Shown: piece by piece, positions 53,043 to 61,847 of the stretch | Position numbering within the stretch: position 1 is the first letter of the stretch | Layout of the letters: each line of letters starts with the position of its first letter | From: Candidatus Aenigmatarchaeota archaeon | GTDB taxonomy: Archaea; Aenigmatarchaeota; Aenigmatarchaeia; GW2011-AR5 | NCBI GenBank assembly: GCA_016198685.1 | Contig: JACQID010000004.1 | Coordinates: 185,208 to 249,207 of the forward strand | Direction: 5' to 3' | Length of the DNA stretch: 64,000 bases | Position numbers and translations under genes: made by a program | The notes under the pieces: generated by a model | Told to the model about the DNA's origin: nothing | The model's database searches: none | What the model saw: the letters and a program-made list of their open reading frames with translations, nothing else

Positions 53043-54736
53043 GCCATAGCCTCCTTTTCAGGCATTAATTTCCTGGCTTTCCTTGTGAGCGTTAAGAATC
53101 TCTGGAATTCGTCATAAAGGGTTCCGTGAAGCCATTTCAAGGGTTCGTTACCTTCTGCGATAGCTTTTTCCTTTATCAAGCCGAGCAGGGTTTCTTCATC
53201 CTCATGCGAGGGATATTCATCATTTCGGAGCAGAGACATGTAATAATCCCTTCCTATCTTGAGGAAGCCTTCGCGGAGCATCTTATCGTTGTTTATTATT
53301 GGCATAGGTATGCTCCCTATAACGTCGCCGCCAAAGCCGGACAGGTCCGGTCTTTTGAATCTGCCTATGTAAGGACCCAATGAGGGCAGATATTCATATG
53401 CCACCTCTTCGTCGACTATGCCAGGATAATAAAGGGCCAGAATCCTCGCGGCAAGCATGTCTATCATGCCACCTGCTGTGCTTCCATGGTAGAATAATGA
53501 CACAACCCTTTGCGCATCTTCATGCGTCTCGACAAACTCCCTGAAGGATGGGGCGTCGTTAATTTTAACGACGGAATTTATACCTCTGCCATTATCAAAA
53601 TTAAAGTTATGCGCTTCTGCTGGTGTCATCGGTGTTATTCCAGCTCTTAATAACCAACGTCTTGCACGAGTATTCTTAATTCCTAAGTATTTTCCAAGAT
53701 AATTCGCACTTCTGTAACCAGGATTTTGCTCAACAAGCTTCGCCAAATCCCCATCTGCAATCATTTTGACACCGGTTCTTATTTCATGAGACAATAACAA
53801 AGCTTCTTGTTGTGTCATCGGTGTTATTCCAGCTCTTAATAACATGCCTTTGGCGCCTGTAGGACTAATTCCCAAATATTTTGCAAGCATACTTTCACTC
53901 GCATATTCAGGGTTTTCTTTAACAATATCTACAAGTTCCTGATCAGTGAGCATTTTTACATCGGGCGAGAAGATAATATGTCTAGATTCAACTCTAGACA
54001 TTGGTTCTATCCCAGCTTTTCTCAAATATCTTGCCGCTGCTCCATTACCAATATTTAAGTATGTACTTAGTATGAGAGCACTTCTATACTTAGGTTCCCG
54101 CTCTACAAGTGCTACTAACTCCTGACTTGTTAAAATTTTTACATTAGAGCCATTATATTTGACTAATTTACCTTCAGACAGATTCATAGGTTGTATGTTT
54201 GCAGCGTTCAAATAGTTTCTTGCAGTGCTAGGGCTTACACCTAAATAGCCAGCTAGAATAGTGGGGCTTCTCATGGCAGGATCGTCCTCAATGAGTTCTT
54301 TTAACGCCTCCTCGCTTGGCTTATTCTTATAATGTCCTCCAAGATGCTGTACCAACTTGGCCTCGCTGATAGTCATTGTTTTTATGCCAGCAAGCAATAG
54401 ATATCTTGTTGCGGCAGCAGGACTTACACCCAAATGTTTAGATAAAATACTAGGACTTCTCATGGCAGGATCGTCCTCAATGAGTTCTTTTAACGCCTCC
54501 TCGCTTGGCTTATTCTTATAAGGTTGTTTAAAATGTTGAACCAATTTTCCTTCAGTAATATTCATTGGCTCTATGCCTGCAGATAACAAATATTCTCTAG
54601 CAGCACTTCTACTCATATTCAAATATGTTGCAAGTGAAGTGCTGCTTCTATACTCAGGATGGTTTTGTACCAGCATTCGCAACGCTTCATTACTAATTCT
54701 GGTTTTATAAGATGGCATACTTTCATCCTTAACCAA
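53039..54736 (-). CDS. protein with six tandem HTH-like repeats (about 63 aa each) plus a unique C-terminal domain of about 185 aa
   Basis: Six units show the recurring pattern ...P.YRS...L..YLG(V/I)S.....(R)..L..AGI.PM.... The ORF-track start is a TTG, and the ATG at 54718 (MPSYKTR) is more likely. Confidence 0.6.
   Translation of the reverse strand: MVKDESMPSYKTRISNEALRMLVQNHPEYRSSTSLATYLNMSRSAAREYLLSAGIEPMNITEGKLVQHFKQPYKNKPSEEALKELIEDDPAMRSPSILSKHLGVSPAAATRYLLLAGIKTMTISEAKLVQHLGGHYKNKPSEEALKELIEDDPAMRSPTILAGYLGVSPSTARNYLNAANIQPMNLSEGKLVKYNGSNVKILTSQELVALVEREPKYRSALILSTYLNIGNGAAARYLRKAGIEPMSRVESRHIIFSPDVKMLTDQELVDIVKENPEYASESMLAKYLGISPTGAKGMLLRAGITPMTQQEALLLSHEIRTGVKMIADGDLAKLVEQNPGYRSANYLGKYLGIKNTRARRWLLRAGITPMTPAEAHNFNFDNGRGINSVVKINDAPSFREFVETHEDAQRVVSLFYHGSTAGGMIDMLAARILALYYPGIVDEEVAYEYLPSLGPYIGRFKRPDLSGFGGDVIGSIPMPIINNDKMLREGFLKIGRDYYMSLLRNDEYPSHEDEETLLGLIKEKAIAEGNEPLKWLHGTLYDEFQRFLTLTRKARKLMPEKEAMA
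53623..53654. repeat. 32-bp perfect direct repeat, copy 1 (intragenic)
   Basis: GTGTCATCGGTGTTATTCCAGCTCTTAATAAC recurs at 53812..53843, an offset of 189 bp. Confidence 0.85.
53812..53843. repeat. 32-bp perfect direct repeat, copy 2 (intragenic)
   Basis: Identical to 53623..53654. Confidence 0.85.
54267..54332. repeat. 66-bp perfect direct repeat, copy 1 (intragenic)
   Basis: Identical to 54456..54521. The 189-bp offset equals one protein repeat unit. Confidence 0.9.
54456..54521. repeat. 66-bp perfect direct repeat, copy 2 (intragenic)
   Basis: Identical to 54267..54332. Confidence 0.9.
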
Positions 54737-54914
54737 TTAGGAAGGAAAGTATAAATACTTTACTATTTATAAGTAATAAATATTTAAGTTTCTAAATATA
54801 CTAACGAATGGATGTATGAGTTCGTGACTTTCTATATATTGGGAGATACAAATATAGAAAGTATATGTTCTATTTACTATATTAATCACAATAAAAATGA
54901 TATCAAAATTTTAA

Positions 54915-54987
54915 AGCCGCCTGAGGGGATCGAACCCCCGACCTGCAGTTTACAAAACTGCCGCTCTACCAGCTGAGCTAAGGCGGC
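54915..54987 (-). tRNA. tRNA-Thr(UGU): tRNA-Thr (anticodon UGU), intron-less
   Basis: Folded by hand: acceptor GCCGCCT/AGGCGGC, D-arm GCTC-AGCTGGTA-GAGC, anticodon stem GCAGT/ACTGC with loop TTTGTAA, T-arm GGGGG-TTCGATC-CCCTC, discriminator U. Confidence 0.85.
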
Positions 54988-55019
54988 GCTTTTAGAAATA
55001 AGGAAAGAACTCTTTTAAT

Positions 55020-55436
55020 TCATATGTCCAGAAGCTTCAGGCCGGTTTCTGCGTCATATTTTCTCTCGACCTCGAATGGCAATACTTTCAGAAATACTTC
55101 GAGCGTGCCTGCGGCAACCATTTCCATGACATGGCCGCCAAAGGCATGAAATTTCTCATCTGCTATCGTGGCATGGGCGTGAATTATCGGCCTGCCTTCG
55201 TGCATCGAAGAATTGCCTATGAGACCGGTAACTTCGAATTCGCCTTTGAACGTCTTGCGATGGTACTGCTTGTCTTTAAGGGAATAGAACGCAAGCTCCG
55301 CTTCCGTCACCGCACCTATTGCATCGAACTTGGAAAATTTTATCTTATTCTCGCCCAAAAAGTTAAGCAGAGTTTCCGCCAGCCTGTCGCCTTTCTCAAG
55401 TTTTATGAGATAAGAGTCCGATTTCTTTATGCACTT
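55020..55436 (-). CDS. PPC (DUF296) domain protein
   Basis: GAVTEAELAFY...GEFEVTGLIGN...IIHAHATI matches the PPC/DUF296 pattern. I used the internal start MKCIKK at 55436 because the ORF-track start (55499) would overlap mscS by 64 nt. Confidence 0.6.
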   Translation of the reverse strand, partial: KCIKKSDSYLIKLEKGDRLAETLLNFLGENKIKFSKFDAIGAVTEAELAFYSLKDKQYHRKTFKGEFEVTGLIGNSSMHEGRPIIHAHATIADEKFHAFGGHVMEMVAAGTLEVFLKVLPFEVERKYDAETGLKLLDI

Positions 55437-56524
55437 CATTTTTTCACACGTTCTTTTGTAAGATGAACAACCTGCGTCGGATACGCAAATTCTATGCATT
55501 CCTCCTTGAATTTTTGCATGATGCCTATGTTTATTTCCTGTTGTATGTCCATGTAGATGTTGTAGTTTGCAGATTTTATATAATAAACAACTTCAAATAC
55601 AAGGCTAAAATCTCCAAATTTCTGGAAATGAGCCCTGTCAATTTCAGCATCATTGATTTTGCGTATTATGTCAAATATCATGACCGGTATCTGCTGTATT
55701 TTTTCCACCGGCGTCTCGTATTTGATGCCAAAATTGAAAACAACCCTCCTCTTCTCCATTCTCTTGTAATTATTGACCCGTGCTTCAGTAAGTTCCTTGT
55801 TTGATATTATCAGTTCCTGACCCTGAAGCGTCTGCATCCTTGTTGATTTTATGCCTATATTCTTCACTACACCCATGTCATTTCCCACTATTATAAAATC
55901 CCCCTTCTTGAAGGGTCTGTCAAAAAATATCGAAAACGAAGCAAAGACGTCATCAAGGACATTCTGGAGAGCGAATGCCACAGCCACTCCGCCTATGCCA
56001 AGCCCTGCTATGAGCGGTGTTATGTTGAAGCCTAGGTTAATTAGAACAAAGAAAAATCCAAGTATCCAGAGGGATATATTGAAAATCTTTGACAATATTT
56101 CTATCATTTCTGTATCAGAATCGCCTTCCTGCATGCGTTTAGCTGATATTTTTTGTGCTCCATATTCTATTATTCCGTTGAGTATCACGATAGTATAATA
56201 AGTCCCTATTATTGTAATCCCAGAAAACATCAGCATACGGATTATGTCGGGTATCTTTACAAAGTGTGTGGCAAGATAGAGGGATATGAACAGATAAAGC
56301 GGGAGACCGATCTTGTCTGCCATGCTAACAATAAGATCATCAAACTGCGTTTTTGTGGACTTAACAATGACTTTGAGTTTCAACAATACCAGAGCCTTGA
56401 ACACCTTTAGTAATATGAAGGAAATAAAGAATACTGCAGTTGCTGCAATGTAATCTTGCGCAATATTGCCGGCAAATTGTTGATTGAGGAAAAATTCTAA
56501 TTCCATGTTATAATAAGAGATCAA
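55436..56524 (-). CDS. MscS-family mechanosensitive channel
   Basis: N-terminal TM helices, pore-helix region GLGIGGVAVAFALQNVL and a beta-domain (FKKGDFIIVGN..GVV..IGIKSTR). Confidence 0.8.
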   Translation of the reverse strand: MISYYNMELEFFLNQQFAGNIAQDYIAATAVFFISFILLKVFKALVLLKLKVIVKSTKTQFDDLIVSMADKIGLPLYLFISLYLATHFVKIPDIIRMLMFSGITIIGTYYTIVILNGIIEYGAQKISAKRMQEGDSDTEMIEILSKIFNISLWILGFFFVLINLGFNITPLIAGLGIGGVAVAFALQNVLDDVFASFSIFFDRPFKKGDFIIVGNDMGVVKNIGIKSTRMQTLQGQELIISNKELTEARVNNYKRMEKRRVVFNFGIKYETPVEKIQQIPVMIFDIIRKINDAEIDRAHFQKFGDFSLVFEVVYYIKSANYNIYMDIQQEINIGIMQKFKEECIEFAYPTQVVHLTKERVKK

Positions 56525-56586
56525 ATGATATTTAAGTTATTATAAAAACGCATTTATAGCTCAATGGCTAAATAACGTAGGATTTT

Positions 56587-57978
56587 ATGAACACTGCCCA
56601 TATAGAGATTTCTGACCGCGAAGAAGCAGGATGTGTTTTTCTTATCTCCAAAGAGGAAGCATCAAAGCTTGGTATTCCTGAGTTCGCAGGCGAGGAAGGA
56701 GAAAGTTATGTTTCTCTGAAAACACCTATTCCAAAGATATATGCCGGGATGGGAGAAGAAAAATCGCTGTCCCTTGAAGGTGTCAGAAGGGGGGTTTCTT
56801 CTGGAATCGACCGGGCGCTTTCCATGAAACTTAAAACTCTGTCAATAGGTTTTCAGAATGCATGTCTTGGTGAGGTTGCAATGGTTGGCGCAATCGCTGA
56901 TGCGTCTGTGCTTGCAACTTATGTATTCTCGAAATACAAACCCCCGAAAAATGTAATTGAAAGAATTTCGATAAAGGCGCGAGATAAGCATCAGCCAGTC
57001 CTCAAAAGAGCTATTCTAACTTCTGAAAATGCTAATTTTCTCAAAGAATGGATAAGCGAAAGCCCGACTATCATGAACACCGCAGAAATGGAGAAGCTAT
57101 GCAGGGAAGTATGTGAAAAGGCAGGCCTGAAAGTCACGGTATTTGGGGAAGAAAAGCTCAGGGAGATGGGCATGGAGATGATACTTGCAGTTGGCCGTGG
57201 CGCGTCTTCAGGCCCGCGCATGATACTTGCAGAGTATAACGGCGGTGCTTCCGGCAAAAAGAAAATAGCTCTTGTCGGCAAAGGCATCACTTTTGATTCC
57301 GGGGGAATGAACCTGAAGCCTACAGGTCACATAGAGACCATGAAAATCGATAAAGCTGGCGCCCTTACAGTGCTTGCGGCCATGAAAACTGCAGCAGAGT
57401 TGAAACTTAACGTCAATATAATAGGCATAATGCCTTTCTGCGAGAATATGATAGGCCCCAATTCCTATAAGCCCGGTGATATACTTCGTTCATATTCAGG
57501 GAAGACCGTTGAAATTACGAATACAGATGCCGAGGGAAGGCTGATTCTTGGAGATGCGCTTGCTTATGCTGTTGAACAGAAGCCTGATTGCATAATTGAC
57601 CTTGCCACCCTCACAGGCGCCTGCGTTGCAGCCTTAGGCGAATTCACTGCAGGCTTGTTCTCGAGCGACAAGGAACTTGTCAAAAAGCTTTATGAATCCG
57701 GCGAAATCACAGGCGAAAGAGTATGGCACCTGCCCCTGCACAAGGACTACAGCAAGGAGATGGAAGGAAATATATCAGACCTTAAGAATGCCCTGACAGG
57801 CAGGGTGCCCGGGGCAGTCATGGGAGCGGCGTTCCTCCAGAATTTTGTTGGCAAAACCCCTTGGGCGCACCTCGATATTGCCGGCACTGCATGGTGGGAC
57901 AAAAAAAGATATTATGTTCCTCAAGGACCTACTGGCTGGGGAGTCAGGCTCCTTGCTGATTTTCTTGAGAAAATGTAA
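56587..57978 (+). CDS. pepA: M17 leucyl aminopeptidase
   Basis: VGKGITFDSGG and NTDAEGRLILGD signature motifs. Confidence 0.85.
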   Translation: MNTAHIEISDREEAGCVFLISKEEASKLGIPEFAGEEGESYVSLKTPIPKIYAGMGEEKSLSLEGVRRGVSSGIDRALSMKLKTLSIGFQNACLGEVAMVGAIADASVLATYVFSKYKPPKNVIERISIKARDKHQPVLKRAILTSENANFLKEWISESPTIMNTAEMEKLCREVCEKAGLKVTVFGEEKLREMGMEMILAVGRGASSGPRMILAEYNGGASGKKKIALVGKGITFDSGGMNLKPTGHIETMKIDKAGALTVLAAMKTAAELKLNVNIIGIMPFCENMIGPNSYKPGDILRSYSGKTVEITNTDAEGRLILGDALAYAVEQKPDCIIDLATLTGACVAALGEFTAGLFSSDKELVKKLYESGEITGERVWHLPLHKDYSKEMEGNISDLKNALTGRVPGAVMGAAFLQNFVGKTPWAHLDIAGTAWWDKKRYYVPQGPTGWGVRLLADFLEKM

Positions 57979-58067
57979 CTTCTTTTACGTCATCAAAATC
58001 CGGATGACTTCGGCTTTAAATATTCCCGGCCTTATGGCAAAATATAAAAGCCTCCGGGCTTAACACA

Positions 58068-59891
58068 TTGCAAGGTAATGTGATGGCTGACAAGACGCTT
58101 AACGATTTTTCATGGAAGGTGGCAGGCGAGGCTGGTCACGGTATACTCAACGCCGGTCTCTCGATGTTTGCGAAGACCTGCCTGCGTTCCGGCCTTTACG
58201 TTTATGCGACTGCCGAATATCCTTCTCTTATACGAGGAGGGCACAACAATCTTGATGTCCGTGTGTCGGACAAACCTATAGAATCACAGAACAAGCATAT
58301 AGATATGCTGGTTGCCCTTGACAAGGCATCTGTAGAGAAGCACGCAGGCAAGCTTTCTCAGGGCGGTGCAGTCATCTATGATGGAGAGAAAATAACCCTA
58401 GACAGGAGCGGGATACGGGACGACGTAAAGCTCTATTCTGTTCCTCTTTCCTTGATTGCAGAGTCTTCCGGCGGTCAGATCATGCGCAATACCGTTGCCA
58501 TAGGAGCTGCGATGGCACTGCTCAATTTCGATCTTTCGGTTCTTGAAGGCGTCTTGACGGAGTCTTTCAGGAAAAAAGGTGACGACATCATACAAGGCAA
58601 CATAAAAGCTGCCCGTGACGGCCATGCTTATGTCAAAAAGAACTTTGCCGATGATTTTGGCCACATGCTCAAGGGCCATGGCAAGCACAACAAGATGTTC
58701 CTTTCCGGTCATGATGCTCTTGCAGCAGGGGCAATAAAGGCCGGATGCAAGTTCTATGCAGCTTACCCAATGACTCCGGCATCGTCGCTCCTTGGCAGCA
58801 TGGCAGCAAGTGAAGGCAGGTATAACCTTGTAGTCAAGCAAACTGAAGATGAAATAGCCGCAATAAACATGGCCATAGGCGCAGGATATGCAGGCGTGCG
58901 CAGCATGGTAGGCACATCCGGAGGCGGTTTCTCATTGATGGTTGAAGGATTCGGTCTTGCTGCAATGACAGAAACGCCGCTTGTAATTGTGGAATCCCAA
59001 AGACCCGGCCCTGCAACAGGCATGGCAACGCATACAGGTCAGGCAGACTTAAGATTCATGCTTCATGCATCTACCGACGAATTTGAAAGAGTGATCATAG
59101 CTCCGGGAGATGTGCAACAATGTTTCTATGAGACGATAAAGGCTTTCAATCTTGCCGACAAATACCAGATGCCAATCGTGATAATGACTGACAAGTATCT
59201 TGGCGAGAGTTATTTCACTGCCGATGAATTTGAGACCAAAGACGTGAAGATAGATCGTGGTAAGATGCTTACTGATTCTGAACTTGCTGGCATGACGGAA
59301 TACAGAAGATACAAAGTCACTGAAGATGCCGTTGCGCCCCGTTCCATACCAGGACAGAAGAACGGCTGCTTTGTTGCGACGAGCTACGAGCACGATGAAG
59401 CAGGGTTTGAACGCGAAGAAGAGGAAATCAGAGTTACCATGCATAACAAGCGCTTCAGAAAATTTGCCTTGGCATCCAAGGAACTTGTCAACCCTGGACA
59501 TTTGGGAGATGCAAATGCTGATATCATGATAATCGGCTGGGGCTCGACAAAGGGTCCTATACTGGAGGCCATGAAACTGCTGAAGGCAAAAGGCATCAAA
59601 GTTGCCTATCAGCAGGTCCTTTATCTTAGCCCATTTCCTGCATCTCTTATAAAAGAAACCATAGCCAAAGCAAAGCGCGTAGTCATAATTGAAAACAACA
59701 AGATGTCCCAACTTAATAGTGTGATAAGAGAGCACTGCCTTGTGAGCGTTGATAACAAGATTTTGCGTTACGATGGCAGACCTTTCTCGCCGCAGGACAT
59801 AGAGGATGGTGTGCTGAAGATAGTGAGGAGCACTGCGCCACGCGTGTTGGAATATGCAACTTTCGGCATTGTTAATGAGGTGAAAGCATGA
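58068..59891 (+). CDS. 2-oxoacid:ferredoxin oxidoreductase, alpha subunit (fused gamma-alpha type)
   Basis: N-terminal gamma-like domain (GEAGHGILNAG...EYPSLIRGGHN) followed by the alpha/Pyr domain (YPMTPASS, GAGYAGVR). An ATGA overlap links it to the beta gene. Confidence 0.8.
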   Translation: MQGNVMADKTLNDFSWKVAGEAGHGILNAGLSMFAKTCLRSGLYVYATAEYPSLIRGGHNNLDVRVSDKPIESQNKHIDMLVALDKASVEKHAGKLSQGGAVIYDGEKITLDRSGIRDDVKLYSVPLSLIAESSGGQIMRNTVAIGAAMALLNFDLSVLEGVLTESFRKKGDDIIQGNIKAARDGHAYVKKNFADDFGHMLKGHGKHNKMFLSGHDALAAGAIKAGCKFYAAYPMTPASSLLGSMAASEGRYNLVVKQTEDEIAAINMAIGAGYAGVRSMVGTSGGGFSLMVEGFGLAAMTETPLVIVESQRPGPATGMATHTGQADLRFMLHASTDEFERVIIAPGDVQQCFYETIKAFNLADKYQMPIVIMTDKYLGESYFTADEFETKDVKIDRGKMLTDSELAGMTEYRRYKVTEDAVAPRSIPGQKNGCFVATSYEHDEAGFEREEEEIRVTMHNKRFRKFALASKELVNPGHLGDANADIMIIGWGSTKGPILEAMKLLKAKGIKVAYQQVLYLSPFPASLIKETIAKAKRVVIIENNKMSQLNSVIREHCLVSVDNKILRYDGRPFSPQDIEDGVLKIVRSTAPRVLEYATFGIVNEVKA

Positions 59892-61843
59892 AGACTACAT
59901 TGAAGGAACTAACAACAAAGGAAATGCCTTCATGGTGTCCGGCATGCGTGATGCCTGGAACGCTTATTCATACCAATCCTTCGGCAAAAAAGATAGAAGA
60001 AATAAAGGAAGGGGACAGGGTGCTCGGCAAGGACGGAAAATACCACGATGTCACCGAAATAATGATTCACATGCACAAAGGCGATGTATTCAGGATAACC
60101 GCCAAGTGCTTCGGGGAGACAGTAATAACAGGGGAGCATCCGGTTCTCATTTCAAAAAGAAAAGCCAAGCCGTACAATAATTCCGTTTTTGATCTTGAAT
60201 GGGCGGAAGCAAAGAACGTACGGGAAGGAGACTATCTCCCGTATCCGATACTCAAAGAGGTCAAGGACACTGGGGAAATAGAGCTTCCGGCAAAAAGAAA
60301 AGAGATGGATAGGAAACATATTGAGATTCCAAAAACCGTAAATATAGGAGCGGACTTTCTGAGACTGGCGGGTTATTATATCGCCGAAGGTTACTGCCAT
60401 AGCAGAGAGGCGTGCCTCACTTTTGGCAGCGCCGAGATGAAATATGCAGAAGATGTAAAGGATATAGTTCAACGATTGTTCGCATTGAAGGCGGCGATAA
60501 AGGCAAAAGGAAGCAAAATAAACGTTGAAATACGTTCTTCGCTCTTGGCAGAGTCCTTCGCGGAATGGTTCGGTCGGGGTGCGCAGAACAAGAAGATACC
60601 GCATTTTATGATGCTTCTACCAGCAGAGAAACAAAAAGAACTCATCAAAGGTATGTGGAGGGGTGACGGGTGGCTGGACAGAAAAGTCAATCGGGCAAGC
60701 TACAAGACCATATCGCCGATTCTAAAGGAACAGATTAAGCAACTCTTGTTAAGGCAGGGAATAGTGCCTACAGTGAGCATAAACAAAGCATATGATATTC
60801 ACAAGGAGTCATATTCAATAGAGGTAGTAAGCTTTGATGACATGGCCAAGTTATGCAACGCATTGGAAATGGTCTTTGAAGCGCGCCGTTCCGAGTCTCA
60901 CAAGCCTCCAATACAGAGGGATGAGAATTACGCTTATTTGCCTATAAGACGGATAACAAAGGAGTTTTACGATGGGCCTGTCCATAACATGGAAGTGGCT
61001 GAAGTAAATTCCTACGTAAGCGGCAGTGCAATACTTCACAACTGCGGAGATTTTAACATACTTTTTGCTATAAAGAACGCCCTAACAGAGCTTGATACCG
61101 AGCCTGAGAATATAGTAATTGTGTCAGGGATCGGGTGTGGTTCCAAAACCCCTCACTTCATCAAGACTTACGGATTTGAAGGTCTTCACGGCAGGGCCGC
61201 GCCCGTGGCCACGGGAATCAAATTAGCTAACAAAGGTTTGAAAGTCATAGTTGTCGGCGGAGACGGCGACGGTTATGGAATAGGTGCCGGCCATTTACTC
61301 CATACGATGAGAAGGAATCTTGACATAACTTATCTTGTTCAGAATAATGCCGTTTACGGCCTTACGAAAGGCCAGTACTCGCCTACGAGCAAGAAGGGAT
61401 TCAGGTCGCCTTCAACGCCATCGGGCAGCCTGGAAAATGAAGTTAATCCCATGTTATTTGGTCTTGCAATGGGCGCAACTTACGTTGCAAGAGGCTATGC
61501 TTATGAAGTCAAGCATTTGCAAAAACTGATAGTCGATGGCGTTCGTCATAAAGGTTTCTCCATCATAGACATATTCCAGCCCTGCTCAACATATAACAAG
61601 ATCCAGACTATAGCATGGTACAAGCAGAACCTTGTCAAGATGGAAGACATAGGCCATGATGCAAATGATTTCAATGAAGCCCTGAAAAAAGCGGCAATGA
61701 CTGAAAAGCTGCCGATTGGATTGTTCTACAAGACCGAAAAACCCACGTATGAGGATGGCATACCGCAAGTAAGTTCACTGCCTTTAGTGAAGCATGATAT
61801 AAACAATATTGATATAAAACCTTTGCTGGGCAAATTCAAGTGA
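59888..61843 (+). CDS. 2-oxoacid:ferredoxin oxidoreductase, beta (ThDP-binding) subunit, interrupted by an intein
   Basis: The exteins rejoin to ...SWCPA|CGDFNIL..., the conserved WCPxCG motif. Downstream motifs are GIGCGS, GGDGDGYGIG and NNAVYGLTKGQ. At 651 aa it is far longer than the roughly 290 aa I would expect for this subunit. Confidence 0.85.
   Translation: MKTTLKELTTKEMPSWCPACVMPGTLIHTNPSAKKIEEIKEGDRVLGKDGKYHDVTEIMIHMHKGDVFRITAKCFGETVITGEHPVLISKRKAKPYNNSVFDLEWAEAKNVREGDYLPYPILKEVKDTGEIELPAKRKEMDRKHIEIPKTVNIGADFLRLAGYYIAEGYCHSREACLTFGSAEMKYAEDVKDIVQRLFALKAAIKAKGSKINVEIRSSLLAESFAEWFGRGAQNKKIPHFMMLLPAEKQKELIKGMWRGDGWLDRKVNRASYKTISPILKEQIKQLLLRQGIVPTVSINKAYDIHKESYSIEVVSFDDMAKLCNALEMVFEARRSESHKPPIQRDENYAYLPIRRITKEFYDGPVHNMEVAEVNSYVSGSAILHNCGDFNILFAIKNALTELDTEPENIVIVSGIGCGSKTPHFIKTYGFEGLHGRAAPVATGIKLANKGLKVIVVGGDGDGYGIGAGHLLHTMRRNLDITYLVQNNAVYGLTKGQYSPTSKKGFRSPSTPSGSLENEVNPMLFGLAMGATYVARGYAYEVKHLQKLIVDGVRHKGFSIIDIFQPCSTYNKIQTIAWYKQNLVKMEDIGHDANDFNEALKKAAMTEKLPIGLFYKTEKPTYEDGIPQVSSLPLVKHDINNIDIKPLLGKFK
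59945..61042 (+). mobile_element. intein (366 aa) with LAGLIDADG homing-endonuclease domain
   Basis: It starts with Cys (CVMPGTLIHT, block A). ITGEHPVLIS is block B. The LAGLIDADG motifs are LAGYYIAEGY and LIKGMWRGDGW. The C-terminus is VHNMEV...AILHN followed by the +1 Cys (CGDF). Confidence 0.85.
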
Positions 61844-61847
61844 GTCT

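Noticed and set aside
53597-54718. A periodic 189-bp repeat structure that could superficially suggest a CRISPR-like or satellite array.
   Set aside because: The repeats are in frame within one long ORF, and the units are diverged apart from two identical patches. There is no repeat-spacer organisation. No CRISPR array was seen anywhere in the window.
50475-54987. A second integrative island at tRNA-Thr(UGU).
   Set aside because: There is no integrase or recombinase gene. I could not find a direct repeat of the tRNA 3' end near 50.4-50.5 kb. Only the position next to a tRNA is suggestive.
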